From NCBI GenBank assembly GCA_039621445.1, contig CP154954.1, positions 2,170,001 through 2,234,000 of the forward strand: a DNA stretch of 64,000 nucleotides, in the 5' to 3' direction. The notes under the pieces were generated by a model that did not search any database, was not told where the DNA came from, and worked only from the letters and a program-made list of their open reading frames with translations. Source of the DNA: Euglena gracilis. Its lineage: Eukaryota. Positions 37,118 to 50,067 of the stretch are shown one piece after another; the stretch's first letter is position 1; every line of letters begins with the position of its first letter. The position numbers and the translations under genes were made by a program.

Positions 37118-38646
37118 TGAAGCCATGTTACCCATCAGTTGAAAGCTCTTGTCAATGGCTTTCGACAGATGGCCACGGGATTCGGCCATTATGCACGCAG
37201 CTGAAAATTAGCGATCGTGCATTCCAAATTTGACCACTATGCCCAGCATAGCCAAGAAAAAAGCATTTTTTTGGGCAAAAATGGCCCAAAAAATGGCCAA
37301 AAATGGCCACTTTTTGGACCCGAAAAAGGGCCGTGTGCCGCCCGCCGGCCGCCCTCGGCCCCCCCCCCCCCTTGCCCCCCCCCCCCCGCGGCCGCTCGCC
37401 CCCCCCCTCAGCCCCCCCCACCGTTTCTCCTTTGGTCATACCCGGAGAGGGTGAAATTAGGATTAGTCGGTTAAGTCAAGTCAGTTGAAAGGGGACACTC
37501 TCAATTGGGCAGATGAAAAAAATGATAATGTTTTTTTATCAAATTGAATGAAATTTTATCAAATTTTCACAAGCGTCAAACATTGAATAAGATCGGCACT
37601 TCGGCTCCCGTTTTTGGGCCGAAAGCCATCTGAGCACCGTCGGAGGTCCCGTTGTCTACCAACCTGGCAAATTTCCCTTGAAAATGGCCATTATTTGGGC
37701 CTCCGGCGCCGGGGGCTTCGCTACAGCGCCACCCAACCTGACCCCCTCCCCCCGGGGGTCGAACCTACCCCTACCCCTGTCTGCCCACAGTACCAGTGCG
37801 AACTTCTTAAGAAAAGAAGCCTGCTTTTAGTTGAAAAGTGGCTTCAAGTTGAAATACAGGAATCATCCCCTTTCAAAAGATCTTCCAGTTACTTGCTCCC
37901 ACTCATCTAAGAACAAATCTGCACAGGCATACTTTGGCATTTTGAGCATCTTGGTTGCCATCCATTCATCAGTCACCCCTAGACATTAGAACAGGAAAAA
38001 CGGGGGGTGCACTATGGCAGGATTGACGGTACCCCCCCTCCAGAACCACGTTTGCAGCCGCCAGGTCATAACGGCCAAGCCCAGAATGTTCAACCGAGGA
38101 GAACGTGACCACAAAATCGACGGGATTCCAGCGGTTCTCCCCTGCAGGGCACCAAATGGCTGGAAGCCTTGTGTCGAATGAGTCTGATACCCCCCCCCCC
38201 TTCCAGGGAAGCACCGATAGGCGCCGTGCAAGTAATGCAACTTTGGGAAAATACCGAAAATTTGTTGCTTCGCGACAGTTTCAGGCAGTCAATTCTCTCT
38301 CAATTAGACACTTTTGGCTGTCATTTTGCTTCAAAAATGGTGGAATTCAGGCAAAAATGGGCAAAGTTGTGTTGGGAAACATACACTCTTTTTGTCTCGG
38401 TGTTTGCTGAGCTGCCAGATAAAAACAGAGTCAGATGAGTTCTCTAACATTGAAACACAGGTTTCGTTCAAAAATATAAAACACAAAAACAAGAAAAACC
38501 GGGGGGGGGGGCATATTTGGGGGGTTACATCCCCTGGGTCATGTGATGCATCACATTATATTTTTTAGACATTAATATTTTTATATATTTATACATTTCG
38601 GCAGGGTCTCAAGACCCTCAAGGGGTTTTACATTGGGGAGGGGTTA

Positions 38647-38956
38647 CAGCGTCACCCTGATCAATTTGCCCCCTTGGGCAGCCAAAATTCCTGAAATTTG
38701 AGGGGGGAATACTCGGTGGTTTTTGGGGTTGAAGGCGGATTTTGGACTGATTCCACTCTCCCACAGACATGACCATTTGGGCAAAGAATGACAGCTTATT
38801 CTTTGTGCCCGCCACCAAGCACACACCACTGGTGCTCCCAATTTTGGGGGGGATTATTCAACTGTTTTTTTTGGAATGTGTTAAGACTTCAAAAATTGGC
38901 CGAAAATAGGGGGGGGTAATTATTCGGGGGGGGGGGAGGAGATCGGGGTGACGCTG
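38647..38956. mobile_element. Tc1/mariner-type MITE, TA|CAGCGTCACCC...GGGTGACGCTG|TA
   Basis: TIR cagcgtcaccctgatc / gatcggggtgacgctg with TA on both sides. Confidence 0.85.
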
Positions 38957-39874
38957 TACATTTGGGCCAGAAAAACAAATTCCCGCAACCGGTCCAACCA
39001 GGGGACAGTCGTTAAGCCAACCCATGTTGTCTCTGACCAGTTTCTTGGGGCATCATTGTGCTGCTTTTTTATGCCAGATTTTAATCCAGTTCACAATGTG
39101 GAAAGGTGGCGTCGAACGCTTTCCCCCCTTCCACACCACGGAGCAAAGCCACAAGTGCCCACAACGTGTTGGTGTTTCCCAGTGAGATACCTGGCAGACA
39201 TCTTTTTGAGCGCCTTTGAGCAGACACAGCTGAAATTTGGGAGCTCACACGAAAATGTGGGGTTCTGTGCCCCCCCCCCCCAGCCCCCAGCACCCCCGCC
39301 AGCTCCCGGCCCACCTGATGGATTTGATTGTTAGGTGTCTGGCCATTTCCTTTGATTCCCCATCATTTCGAACATTTTGAACAAATGGTTGGTCCCCCCT
39401 CCAAGTACCACTCTTCACTTTCTGCTATGCATGATCCCCGCCCGAGGGGGGTGATGTATTATATGGGGGATTATTACTCTTTCAAAATTTCGAGTTTAAA
39501 AAATTTCATTAAACCCAAAATAACACCCAAAACCACTTTTTCACATAAATTGGCATATTTGGAGGCCAGATGGTCCACAAAAACATATTTTTTTGGTCAT
39601 TGCTGTGAATTCTAATTTTGAACTGCATTTTTTTCCAGGCGAAAATCAAGGTCGGCGGTCCAAAGTTTGGGGGGAGGTATTATTGTTTGGGTGAAGTCGG
39701 ACTCCAAGGGGGGATATTATTTGTGGGGAGAGTTCACACCCAGGGCTGTCCACCATCCACATCTTTAAGGGTTTTCCAGGTTTTGATCAATGCTGAGCTC
39801 TTCGATGAAATTGGAAACAATTGGAGAAAATCTGCCCAGGGGCTCAGCAAACCTGGGCGACCCCCCTTTTAGTA

Positions 39875-40012
39875 CATTAGAGTGATTAGTCGGTCGACTA
39901 GTCGACCGACTAGCCAGTTCCCCCCACCGACTAGTCGGTCGACTAGTAGTCGGTAAACTAGTCGACCGACTAGTCGGTCGACTAGCCAGTACCCCCCCCC
40001 CCCCCACTCTAA
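39875..40012. repeat. Palindromic GACTAGTC/GTCGAC array, probable MITE; relative at 41470-41637
   Basis: Repeated ccgactagtcggtcgactag; ends cattagagtg / cactctaag. Confidence 0.7.
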
Positions 40013-40864
40013 GTCGGGGGGCCCCCCACCATGCCCTCCCGTATTTTCGGTAGCGCCAATTGTTAGGCCGAGATAAGGTTTTTTTCCTTCAGCATTGAAG
40101 AGTGCACGGTGATGTGGTGGGTGGGCAGGGTCGACTCCCCACCAGGCTTTGCCGCACAGCCCTGACAGCACCCCCAAGTCCCCGCAACCCCACACTCACA
40201 TCCCGCACTCCCGCCTTAATGTGCAATGTATTTTGCATACATATTTTAATTTGTGTGCAAATTTTCTGGCATCATTTTTTTGATTTATTAGGCTTTTGGC
40301 CGCCCCAAACCCCCCCAGAAACAAAAACAATCAACCTTCTCTGCACAATGTGCGGTGCAGTGTCTTTTTTGTGTGCCAGATTTTTTTTAATTTTTGTCTT
40401 ATTTTGTTTTTGTCCTGTTTTTGTAGATATGGTGCGTGATGTGTGATGTTGGCAGCAAATTATACTCCTCAGCTCTGACAGATCCATCAATCTCCAGCCC
40501 CCCCCCCCTGCACGCACACCGTCACCCCACAAACGCCCCCCACACTCCCCATACCCCCACCCCCCACCTGTTGTTGTTGGGGCAGAGTATCAGGTAACCC
40601 AAAATCAGGATTCCAAGTTTTCTGGGGCCTGCAGGATCCAGAGGGTCTATGGGACGGGGGCTCGTGGGCAGTTGAGCAACAAAAGGAATTCGCTTCCAAA
40701 ACGGTTCGGCAACACAAGGGGTTTTGTTATTTTGGGGCCCTGGGACACTTGAGCAACAAAAATAATGTTTATGGTGCACCTTTTTCGCTGTTTGAAATAT
40801 GTTCTACGAAGTTTTAGGCCAAACAAGGCAAATCAGTATTGGGGGGGGGGCTTAAAAAGTCGGT

Positions 40865-41406
40865 GTCCCAGGGCCCCAAAATAACAAAACCCCCTGTGTT
40901 GCCGAACTGTTTTGGAAGAGAGTCCCTTTTGTTGCTCAACTGTCCCAGGAAGCCAATCCCTTTTGTTGCTCAACTGTCCCAGGGCCCCAAAATAACAAAA
41001 CCCCCTGTGTTGCCGAGCCGTTTTGGAAGCGAGTCCCTTTTGTTGCTCAACTGTCCCAGGGCCCCAAAATAACAAAATCCCTTCTGTTGCCGACCCGCTT
41101 TGGAAGCGAATTCCTTTTGTTGCTCAACTGTCCCAGGGCCCCAAAATAACAAAATCCCTTCTGTTGCCGACCCGCTTTGGAAGCGAATCCCTTTTGTTGC
41201 TCAACTGTCCCAAGGCCCCAAAATAACAAAATCCCTTGTGTTGCCGAACCGTTTTGGAAGCGAATTCCTTCTGTTGCTCAACTGTCCCAAGGCCCCAAAA
41301 TAACAAAACCCCCTGTGTTGCCGAACCGTTTTGGAAGCCAATCCCTTTTGTTGCTCAACTGTCCCAGGGCCCCAAAATAACAAAATCCCTTGTGTTGCCG
41401 AACCGT
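40865..41406. repeat. 77-bp tandem minisatellite (~7 units) with one inverted unit at 40668-40762
   Basis: Unit tgtcccagggccccaaaataacaaaa(c/t)ccc.tgtgttgccgaaccgttttggaagcgaatcccttttgttgctcaac; ORF-track starts are spaced by 77 nt. Confidence 0.95.
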
Positions 41407-42191
41407 CAAACAAGTCAAATCAATGTTGGGGGGGGGGGCTTAAAAGGTCGGTGACCCCCCCTTTCTCTACCGACTAGTCCACCGACTAGCCAGTTGCTCC
41501 CAGAGCCAGTACCCCGCCCCCCCCCCCCCTTGTACCGATTAGTCCACCGACTAGTCGGTCGACTAGTCGGTAGACCAACTGGCTAGTCGACCGACTAGTC
41601 GGTCGACTAGCCAGAACCCCCCCCCCCCAGTCTAATGTTTGGGGCCCTGGCGGGGTGGGGCCCGGACTTTCCCACCACCAGGGTGAGGGTTGGGGGGGGG
41701 GTCGACCCATGTTGCTTCGGGGAGTCCTCCCAGGTGCTGTGGGGCTCTTTGCCGTGCCGCCCTGGATTAGCTTCATTTGGGCTGCGTCAACAGGGCTCAT
41801 GGTGGTGATGCGCGGATGGTCCAAGCCAGATCCCTGCATCGAAGGAACTAACCAAAAGGGAAAAAAGGAGAGCAAAAAAAGCAACATTGCACCATCCAGT
41901 TCGACTCGGGTAGGGGACCTGGCACCCATTCACCAACCCACCCGGCTGGAACTACAGCCCAGGGAGACCAACTTTTGGGGTCATTTTGGGGTTTCAAAAT
42001 TTTGGCACCTTGCACCAAAAAAACATGGGTCAAATCGCCTGAATTGGAAGCCTCAACCACCCCGAAAAGTTTACACCCATCTTTAGTTAAGATAACCCTG
42101 CAAAAGCCATGGCTCAATTGTTCAAAACCTATCTTCCCCCAATGTCCAAGAAGAGGTCCCATGGGAGTCCCATAATCCGAATGTGTTTGTA

Positions 42192-42452
42192 CCCGCCCTC
42201 CCCCCTTGTCGTTTGACTGGGTTCCTGCAACCTGTGACCAGGAGGGGTGGTCGTGACACCCCCATAACCTGCAACCTGCGACCAGGGGGGTGGTCATAAA
42301 TGAGGTGGCGGTCGTAGGTAAGGTGGTGTTAAATTTTTCGCAACCTGCAACCTGCGACAGGGGGGGTCATAACACCCCCATGACCTGCAACCTGTGACCG
42401 GGGGGTGGTCGTAAATGAGGGGTGGCCGTACGACAAGGGGGGGGGGGGCGGG
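42192..42452. mobile_element. TA-flanked MITE, copy 2 of 10477-10776
   Basis: Same TIR and ACCTGCAACCTGCGACC repeats. Confidence 0.85.
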
Positions 42453-43104
42453 TACAAGACAGCTGTTGAGCTGAACACTTGCAAGTTGAGCAAAGCGGAG
42501 GGAATGGATGGCAGGGAGCTGCATCTGCTCAATGGTGCCGTATTCGGTCACGAGGAAAGCCGGACACAGTGCGAGCAAACCTCCAAAAAAGAAATGAAAT
42601 GCACCGGCACACAGGCTAAAAAAAGTTCTCTGGCAGGACTGTTGTCGCGGGTGCAAAAAGCCAGCTTGAAATATATCAGGGCAAACGTATCAAAACTGTC
42701 ACCTGGGACCTGTCACTGATTTACCTGCTCCATATACACCACACTCTTCAGAAATGAGGTCATTTCAACAATCCGCCAAATCAAAGCTGCTCAAAAGAAA
42801 CAACACCAAAACAAAATCACAAATTTTATGTCACACAAAATCCAAGGAGACTGCATCACCTTGTGGTGTCGTTGGGTGCCCCACCCACCCCCCCTAAGTC
42901 TCCCAGTACATGAGCTGAAGCAAAGTGCCCATCCAGGGTGCCATCAGGTTGGGGGGGGCTGCAATCAGCCCGCTCTTATGTTGTCCAGTTGAAATTGTAG
43001 TGTGTCTACGGCTGTGGTCACAGTACAAAAAAATCACACAGGCTTGCTAAAAAAATGTTTTTGACCTCAGCCCAACAAAACTGTGAAATTGTCCACTGGA
43101 GGTG

Positions 43105-43275
43105 TAGTGGGTGGATGGAAGAGATGCAAATACTGGAGTCGATGTAGTGGATGCAGATGTTGGAGTCGATGCAGTGGATGGACTGGATGCAGATACTGGA
43201 GTCGACGTAGTGGATGTGGATACTGGAGTGGATGGAGTGGATGGAATGGATGCTTGATGCAGCCATTCCAGGATC
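43105..43275 (+). repeat. GATGCAGAT(A/G)CTGGA-type degenerate repeat
   Basis: Related to the arrays at 49540-49710 (+) and 50885-51060 (-). Confidence 0.75.
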
Positions 43276-45779
43276 TGCATCCTGGCTATAAATTTAACCA
43301 AAATGCCCCACAAAAACCAAAAAATAAATAAGATAAAATGGGTGCAAAGAGATAAAATGACTTAAAAATGGTTTCAAATGACCTCAAATGGCCTCCAAAA
43401 TGCTTACAATGTCTGCAAAGATGGCGAAAAATGACCCAAAGCCACCGAAATGGCATACAATGGCCTAAAGTTGGTCATATTAACCCAAATTAGTCCAGAA
43501 TTTACTCAAATTATCACAAAATTGCCCAAATTGTTAAAAAATGATCCAAAAAAATGGCCAAAATGGGTGTGACATCAGAGATTTGAGGGAAATGATTGCT
43601 CATTAATCCCAAATATGGGTTGACTTCTTAAAAGCGTGCAAAAATGCCAGCATCGCCCTGCATCGCCCTGCATCGCCCGGCATCGCCCTGCATCGCCCCA
43701 CATCTCTGGTCTCTAAAAATCCAGCATCGCCCAGCATCCCTCAGCATCGCCCAACATCGTCCAGCATCATCAGAGGCCCCTGGACACCAAAGACAAAATC
43801 CAAGGACAAAACTGTAGGGGGTCCTGCTGAATGCTAAAACTACCTGCAAGAGCCTCAGTGATTTTTATAAAAAAATAATCTTGGAGGAATTCAGGAAAGA
43901 GTGGCAGCCTTAAACCACTGAGACCCTGGGGCAAGGTCCACTTTCTTAAACACAAGCCGATGGGGTTTTGGCGGCATACTTGGGTGTTTTCTGTTACTTT
44001 TAGGTGCAGGGCCAAGGTTACTGCTATCGTTCTGAAGAGGATCAGGCTTGTGTTTAAGCCAAAATTAGGAGTGACGTAGGAGGGAGTGGTGTAGCAGCCA
44101 ACAGTCACTCGAGCAGTCCAAATTCCTTAAAAATTGTGCTGGTGACGAACCGACAGCCCGCTGGGGGCTGATCCACAAGGAGCACGAGGGAATTCACGTG
44201 TTTGGCCAGGTACTGACCCTCGGCACCCTGGCCGGTGGCCCGCCGAGTTCGGTTTTTTGGACTGTGAGGGCATTGGCTAGGGGGAGGTCATTCTTGGATG
44301 ATTTTTGGCACGTTGCATCTGAACCTGGTGGGCCACCCACCGGGGGTACCATAGGTGGCGTTTTTTTAAAAATTTTATTAAAAATTTTATTTCTCCAAAA
44401 ATGTTTTTTGGCAAAAAATGTTTCTTAACTTCGTTTTAAACAAGCTGCCAGGTTTTCTACAACCCTGCCAGGCCATTGCTTGAAGACCCGGGGGGGGGGG
44501 GTCCACTGGCTAGCCATTTTGCTACACACTGGAGAAAAATGGACCAGCTAGACCCCCGGGACATTAATGACGAACGCCTGTGCTGCCTCCCGTTAGCGGG
44601 AAGACAATGGTAAATTCTTTGCCAAATTATTTGGCTGCCTGCAAATTTGGAATCCTGACTTTTGGGTTATCTGAGCCTCTGCAAGGCTCGGCAAAGGCTC
44701 GTTACCTGGAGCCTCCGCAGAGCTTCCTTGTTGGTATCTGATTTTGTGCACAGGCCACATCTAGCACAGCGATGAATCACAATTCATAAAGCCGCACCAG
44801 ACAGCTCACCGATTTCTTTTCATTTTCATTTTCATTTTTCACCCAGGTTAAGCCAAAATCTGGGCTGAATTTCGGCCGAAACTAGGCTTCTTCTTCAGCC
44901 TAAATTTGGGCCGAACGGCCTGAATCCTAACGTTAACCTTGTTTCCCACCCTAAACCTATCTGTGACAAATAAACCAACCCTAACCCCCCAGACATTTGA
45001 GCAACCGTTGCTTAAATTTGAATTTCAGTCGATCCGCTCAAGGGGTTACTTAAATTTGGGGGTTGCTCACAATACCAGAGGGTTAAATTCGGACCAAACA
45101 GCCAACAGAAAAAAAAATGTCTCTCCTTGTTCAAGTAAAGCGAGGAGGTGCCTTTTCCAGAGCGAAAATGCATACAACAACATGACAAAGCCCCAAAAAC
45201 GGTACAGACTCGACCAGTTTGATTATTTTCCCTAAAATCAGGCCATTATTATTTGTTTAAGCTTGCTTCGTTTTCACCATTTCACCTCAATTTCAGGGGT
45301 TGCTTAATTTTGAATTGTCATTTGTCCCTGGGGGTGACTTGAATTTGGAGGGGTTGCAAATTTGGGGGGGGGACCCTTATTCCTGGAGTAGGCACGCTGT
45401 ACTGCACTTTGTAAGGGTTACCTCCCGAGGAGAAATGAAAACCCAGGCGAATTTGTTTCAGGTCCCTCTTGTTAAAAACTTTGGGGTTTCGACCCCCCAA
45501 GTCATTCTTCCTGGGATTCCCGGAGGGGGGGGCGGCCAATACTTTGAGGCTGAAGAGTGTTTCTGCATAGATGGGAGTTTTGAGAGGTTGTGAGGCAGTG
45601 AAAACTCTGCATAAGCAAAGTCACACAACCCAATGCACAAATGCGGATGGGAGCCACGGCTCAAAGGACTCGCTGCAGTCTGGCATGCCTCGAGCTAGCG
45701 TCACAATCTCGGAGGCGCCGATGGGATTGGGGGTGGCCGAGTCATGTGCTGCTTTTTTGGCATTGGCATCGCCCTCGGC

Positions 45780-46133
45780 CAGGGTTTGATAATATTGTGG
45801 ATCGGACCCCCCCCCCCTGCGGTCAAGGGGGGAGCTGGGGGGGACAGCTCCCCACCTAAACAGTGGCATGGCCAATAGACCATTTCCGGCCGAAAAGTAC
45901 CCCCCCAAAAACGTCCCAAAATGCACTTTGGGCACTTTTGGGGCAAAAATTTGTCAAAATTGCCAAAATTTTCGGCGTAGAGCGGGAAAAAAAAATCACC
46001 CTTTTTGGGGGAATGATCCTGGGTTCCCAAAGGGTTGGTCCAGACCTCCTTGGCAGGTGGGGGGGGTCGGGGGGGGGGGGTTGGGGGATATGCCAACTCT
46101 AAATCTGTCACGCCCTCCTTTTATCAAACCCTG
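45780..46133. mobile_element. hAT-like MITE, TIR CAGGGTTTGATAA, 8-bp TSD
   Basis: Perfect TSD ccctcggc at 45772-45779 and 46134-46141; internal relative near 47530-47760. Confidence 0.92.
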
Positions 46134-48182
46134 CCCTCGGCGGCCCCAACTCCCAGCAGCATCACCTCCACCCATGGGGTAACAGCAGAGCCTCGCCAGA
46201 CGAAACCTCCTAAGGCCCCCGCAAAATAAGACCTCAGGTTTCGAAGGAAAAACAAAAAATAGTCTTAATTAATAAAAATCAGAAATAATTATTAATAACC
46301 TTAAATTACGAAAATGACCAAAATTTAGCCGATGTGTATGTACAGTGTGAATATCATTTTGACTTTGACACATTTTCATGTGCTAAACTTTTAACATTAT
46401 CTTTTTGTGCAGTGAAAAATTCCTGTCTTTTGATCCATATCGAGACCCTTCCGCAGAAGACTTTTTTGGCCCTTGGAATTTTCAGCAACCAACCCAAAGA
46501 ATAAACGAAGGGCCTGGAATAGACCCAAGACCCAGTATTTATAGTATTATAGTATTTATAGTAGTATAGTATTTTTTTGGGGGGGGGGCGGGATGAACCT
46601 GACTCAGACAATTTTAGTGCCAGGATATGTATCACCTTCCAACTGGTACCCACCGCTAATGTGGTACAGCAAAACACGATGCAATGCCAACTGCAATGTC
46701 CAACATTTGAAATGATTGACATAGAAGCGCCTACCCCCTGGAGAGGTTCGGGAACCCATTTTTTGGGGTCATTTTGTACTCAAAATTTTTAATTTAATTC
46801 ACTGCATAAAAAGCATCTGTGTTTTTGCTGGTGTTTTGGGTTGGTGTTGATTTGGTTTTTCTGCTTGGTACTGTGGTTATTGAGGGCACACAAATGCAAC
46901 GGCAATGTCTCGGATGTTCTTTGCGTGCATTCTTTGGTGAAAATGGGTTTGCCATATTCACAAGCACAAAACTCCGCAAATCTAGGACCATAGGTGGCGT
47001 TCTTTTAATTTTTTTTAAAAAACATTTATTGTTAAATAATGTTTGTTTAAACTTCGTTTTAAACAAGCTGTGTCTTGGACAGGCTGGTAAAAGAGGACTA
47101 GCTGGACTGGACCCCCCCCCCCCGCGCCGAGGTGGAAATAAGGTTTTTAATGGGGTTTTTTTGCTGATTTTGTTCCAAAAAAATCCGAACAATGGCCAAA
47201 AATGGGTCATTTTTTGAGGGAGGGAGGGGGACGGGTCGGGCCCATGCAGGCCTTTGTTTGAAGGTTCGCAGCACCCCCGGGGGGTGGGGCTGGACTGCAG
47301 CTGGTCCAAATTTGGCCAGTGGGAATTCTAGTGGACCCCCGGGGGGGTGTAGCTAGCAGGGTTGGCTGGTGGAAAAAAATTTCCAGAGACCGGCGCGAAG
47401 TGTGAATAAAAATTTGGCACCCCCAAGTCAGCTTTGAGTCGGCAACCCAGATGATTTCCCTTCAAAAATGGCCATCTTCACCGGGGGGTGTGCCAGGCTT
47501 CGAAGGCAGGTGGGGTGGGTCGGGCCACTCCGGTCCAGCAGGGGGGGGGGGGGTGAGGGGGACCCCCCCCATCTAAACAGTGGCAGGGTCTGGGTGATCG
47601 AAAAATTTTGACCCCCCAAAATGGCAAAAAAATGCCATTTTGGGGCACTTTTTTTGGGCAAGGATTTGTCAAAAATGCAAAAAAGATTCGGCAAAGCGCT
47701 GGAAGGAAAATTTTGACCTTTTGGAGGGGGTCCCGGGCATCCTCTAGGTAGGTCCGGACCAAAGATTCACTTAGTGACCCCCCCCCCTGTGTGCACTGTG
47801 GCTGTTTGTTTGGTGCCTTTTATCCCTTCTTCTGGCCTGGCACTGTTTTTTTTTTTTTGCCTCTGGCCCTTTTTGTCCGTGTACGTGAGGGTGGCCGGAG
47901 CCTGGCGGGACTTACCTTGTTGACTGCGCCGGTCACCAAGCGCCCACCAGGCACATACGCCACTCAATTAATGACCCCCCGGGGGGCACTTTTTCCTGGG
48001 CGGAAACCCACCCACCACTTTAAACACTGAAAAATACCTGGTTGATTGAAACCTACAAAACTCAGCAAGAGGGTCGAGGAAATACACACAACACGGCCCC
48101 TCAAAAAAATACATATACAAGCAGAAAAAAGATCGGGGGAAAACAGGAAAAAAAAACAAAATTCTGCTCGTCTGGTTGCAAC

Positions 48183-48546
48183 CAGGCTTTTGCTTAAGGA
48201 CCCCGGGGGGGGGGGGTACTGGCTAGCCAATCGGCTAGACACTGGAAAAAGTAGACTAGCTAGGGGGGGTCCGGCGCGCAGCGCCGGAGGAAAAATGAGG
48301 TTTTTAACAGGTTTTTTGGCTGATTTTGTTCCAAAAATTTCCAAAAAATGGCCAAAAACGGGCAATTTTGGCCATTTTTGGGGGTCCCAAAAAATTTTCG
48401 GCGCTTCGTGCCGGTCACTGGAAAAAAATAGCTAGCCCTGCTAGCAGACCACCCCCCCTGGGGGGGTCTGCTAGAAAACCCACTAGCCAAATTTGGACTA
48501 GCTGCAATCCAGCCCCCCCGGGGGGGGTACTGTAAGCAAAAGCCTG
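48183..48546. mobile_element. MITE family A, copy 2
   Basis: caggcttttgctta / taagcaaaagcctg; TSD gttgcaac / gttgcgac. Confidence 0.9.
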
Positions 48547-48750
48547 GTTGCGACTCAAAAACCCACTTTTCACTCCAAAAAATTAACAATCTCAAAAAAA
48601 AATGCCTGAGGGGTCTTGTGGAGCACTTTCAAACGCTTTCTGACTTGGATTTGCCCAAACAATAATCTTACGGACCTGACTTCGGAATTTTGCAAAAATG
48701 GATGCTGTTCTTGATAATGATGATATTTTGAAAATGGACACAACTCGGTG

Positions 48751-48789
48751 CAAACAACAACAACAACAACAACAACAAAAACAACAACA

Positions 48790-48820
<31 letters not shown>

Positions 48821-48894
48821 CAACAACGACGACGACGACGACCACGACGTGACGGCGGCGGCGGCGGCGGCGACGACAACTACGACGGCAACAA

Positions 48895-48957
<63 letters not shown>

Positions 48958-48958
48958 A
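48751..48958. repeat. Compound trinucleotide microsatellite CAA-CAG-CAA-CGA-CGG-CGA-CAA
   Basis: Direct reading. Confidence 0.97.
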
Positions 48959-49539
48959 TCAACCAAAAACCCTGATCAAAGAAATTCAGAAATATCCTGC
49001 TCCACCTTTGAAGACCTTTTTTTTTTTTGAAATGATGTGCAATCATTTTTTTTGTTGAATTGTAACTCTGCAACTTACAACTTAACTTAACACACAATAA
49101 AATCATCAAATGAGCCACTCGGAGACGTTTCTGGAAGAAAAGATTATTTCAGTTCCAAGAATTCCCGGGGGGGGGGGGGCAGCAAACTGAGAGAGTTAAT
49201 AATCATACGATCTTCCAGTCGTATCTGTGATGCTGGTATTGAATATCCATAACAACAGCTTGGCAGCGCCTCTGGGTGCGGGAGCCCAAAACCAAACCCC
49301 GCTTCCCAATGATTCGATCCTTGTACTTGCGCAACGGGGAAGGGCCGCTCGCAATGACGCCAATCAACTGGTGGCCTGGAGTGCCCAATTTGGCAAATCA
49401 TTTCGAAGTTAAAAAATACGGACTGCATCTAGGTGCATCCAGGACCTGGCTTCAAAAAATGGATTCATTAATTTGAATAACTATCACCCACAAAAGAAGG
49501 CTTGCAAAATGGTTGCAGAAGCTCTCCCATCGACCGGAC

Positions 49540-49710
49540 AAAATGTAGATGCGGGACAAGATGCAGATGCTGGAAAAGGTGCATCAGATGCAGATACTGG
49601 ACAAGATTCAGATTCTTCACAAGATGCAGGTGCTGGTCGAGATGCACACACTGATATTGGACAAGATGCAATGGATGCAGATACTGGAGAAGATGCAGAT
49701 GCTGGATTGG
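49540..49710 (+). repeat. 18-bp GATGCAGATGCTGGACAA repeat; inverted relative at 50885-51060
   Basis: Reads GQDADA repeats in one frame (ORF 49473..49718). Confidence 0.8.
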
Positions 49711-49822
49711 CCAAATGAAATAAGGGATCAAGGGAGATGCTTGTGGCCAATGGTCTGAAATTGGCTTTGGCTGACCAATGGTCTTAAAGGGGCCAAAGCA
49801 GTCAATCAGCAGTCAAATCGAA

Positions 49823-50067
49823 AGCATATGGGGGTTGGTACACCCCCCCCCTCTCTGAGGGCCTCGCCACGCCATTTACCCCCCCCTCCCCCCCCCCCTA
49901 GCCGGACCCCCTCGCCACGCCACCCAACACATTTTTCATTGTGCAACCATGGTACACCCCCCCCCCATCCGAGACCCCCTCGCCACGCCATTTTCCGGCC
50001 ATTTCCCCCCCCCCCCCCCCCCCCTATTCGGACCCCCTCGCCACGGCGTACCAACCCCCCATATCTG
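49823..50067. mobile_element. Probable MITE with CCTCGCCACG internal repeats
   Basis: atatgggggttggtac / gtaccaaccccccatat inverted termini; TSD not clear. Confidence 0.6.

Noticed and set aside
40865-41406. CRISPR array
   Set aside because: The units are contiguous 77-bp repeats with no unique spacers, there are no cas genes and the context is eukaryotic.
48570-49118. PolyQ/polyG/polyN protein ORFs
   Set aside because: Open in several frames only because of trinucleotide repeats; the flanks show no domain or exon support.
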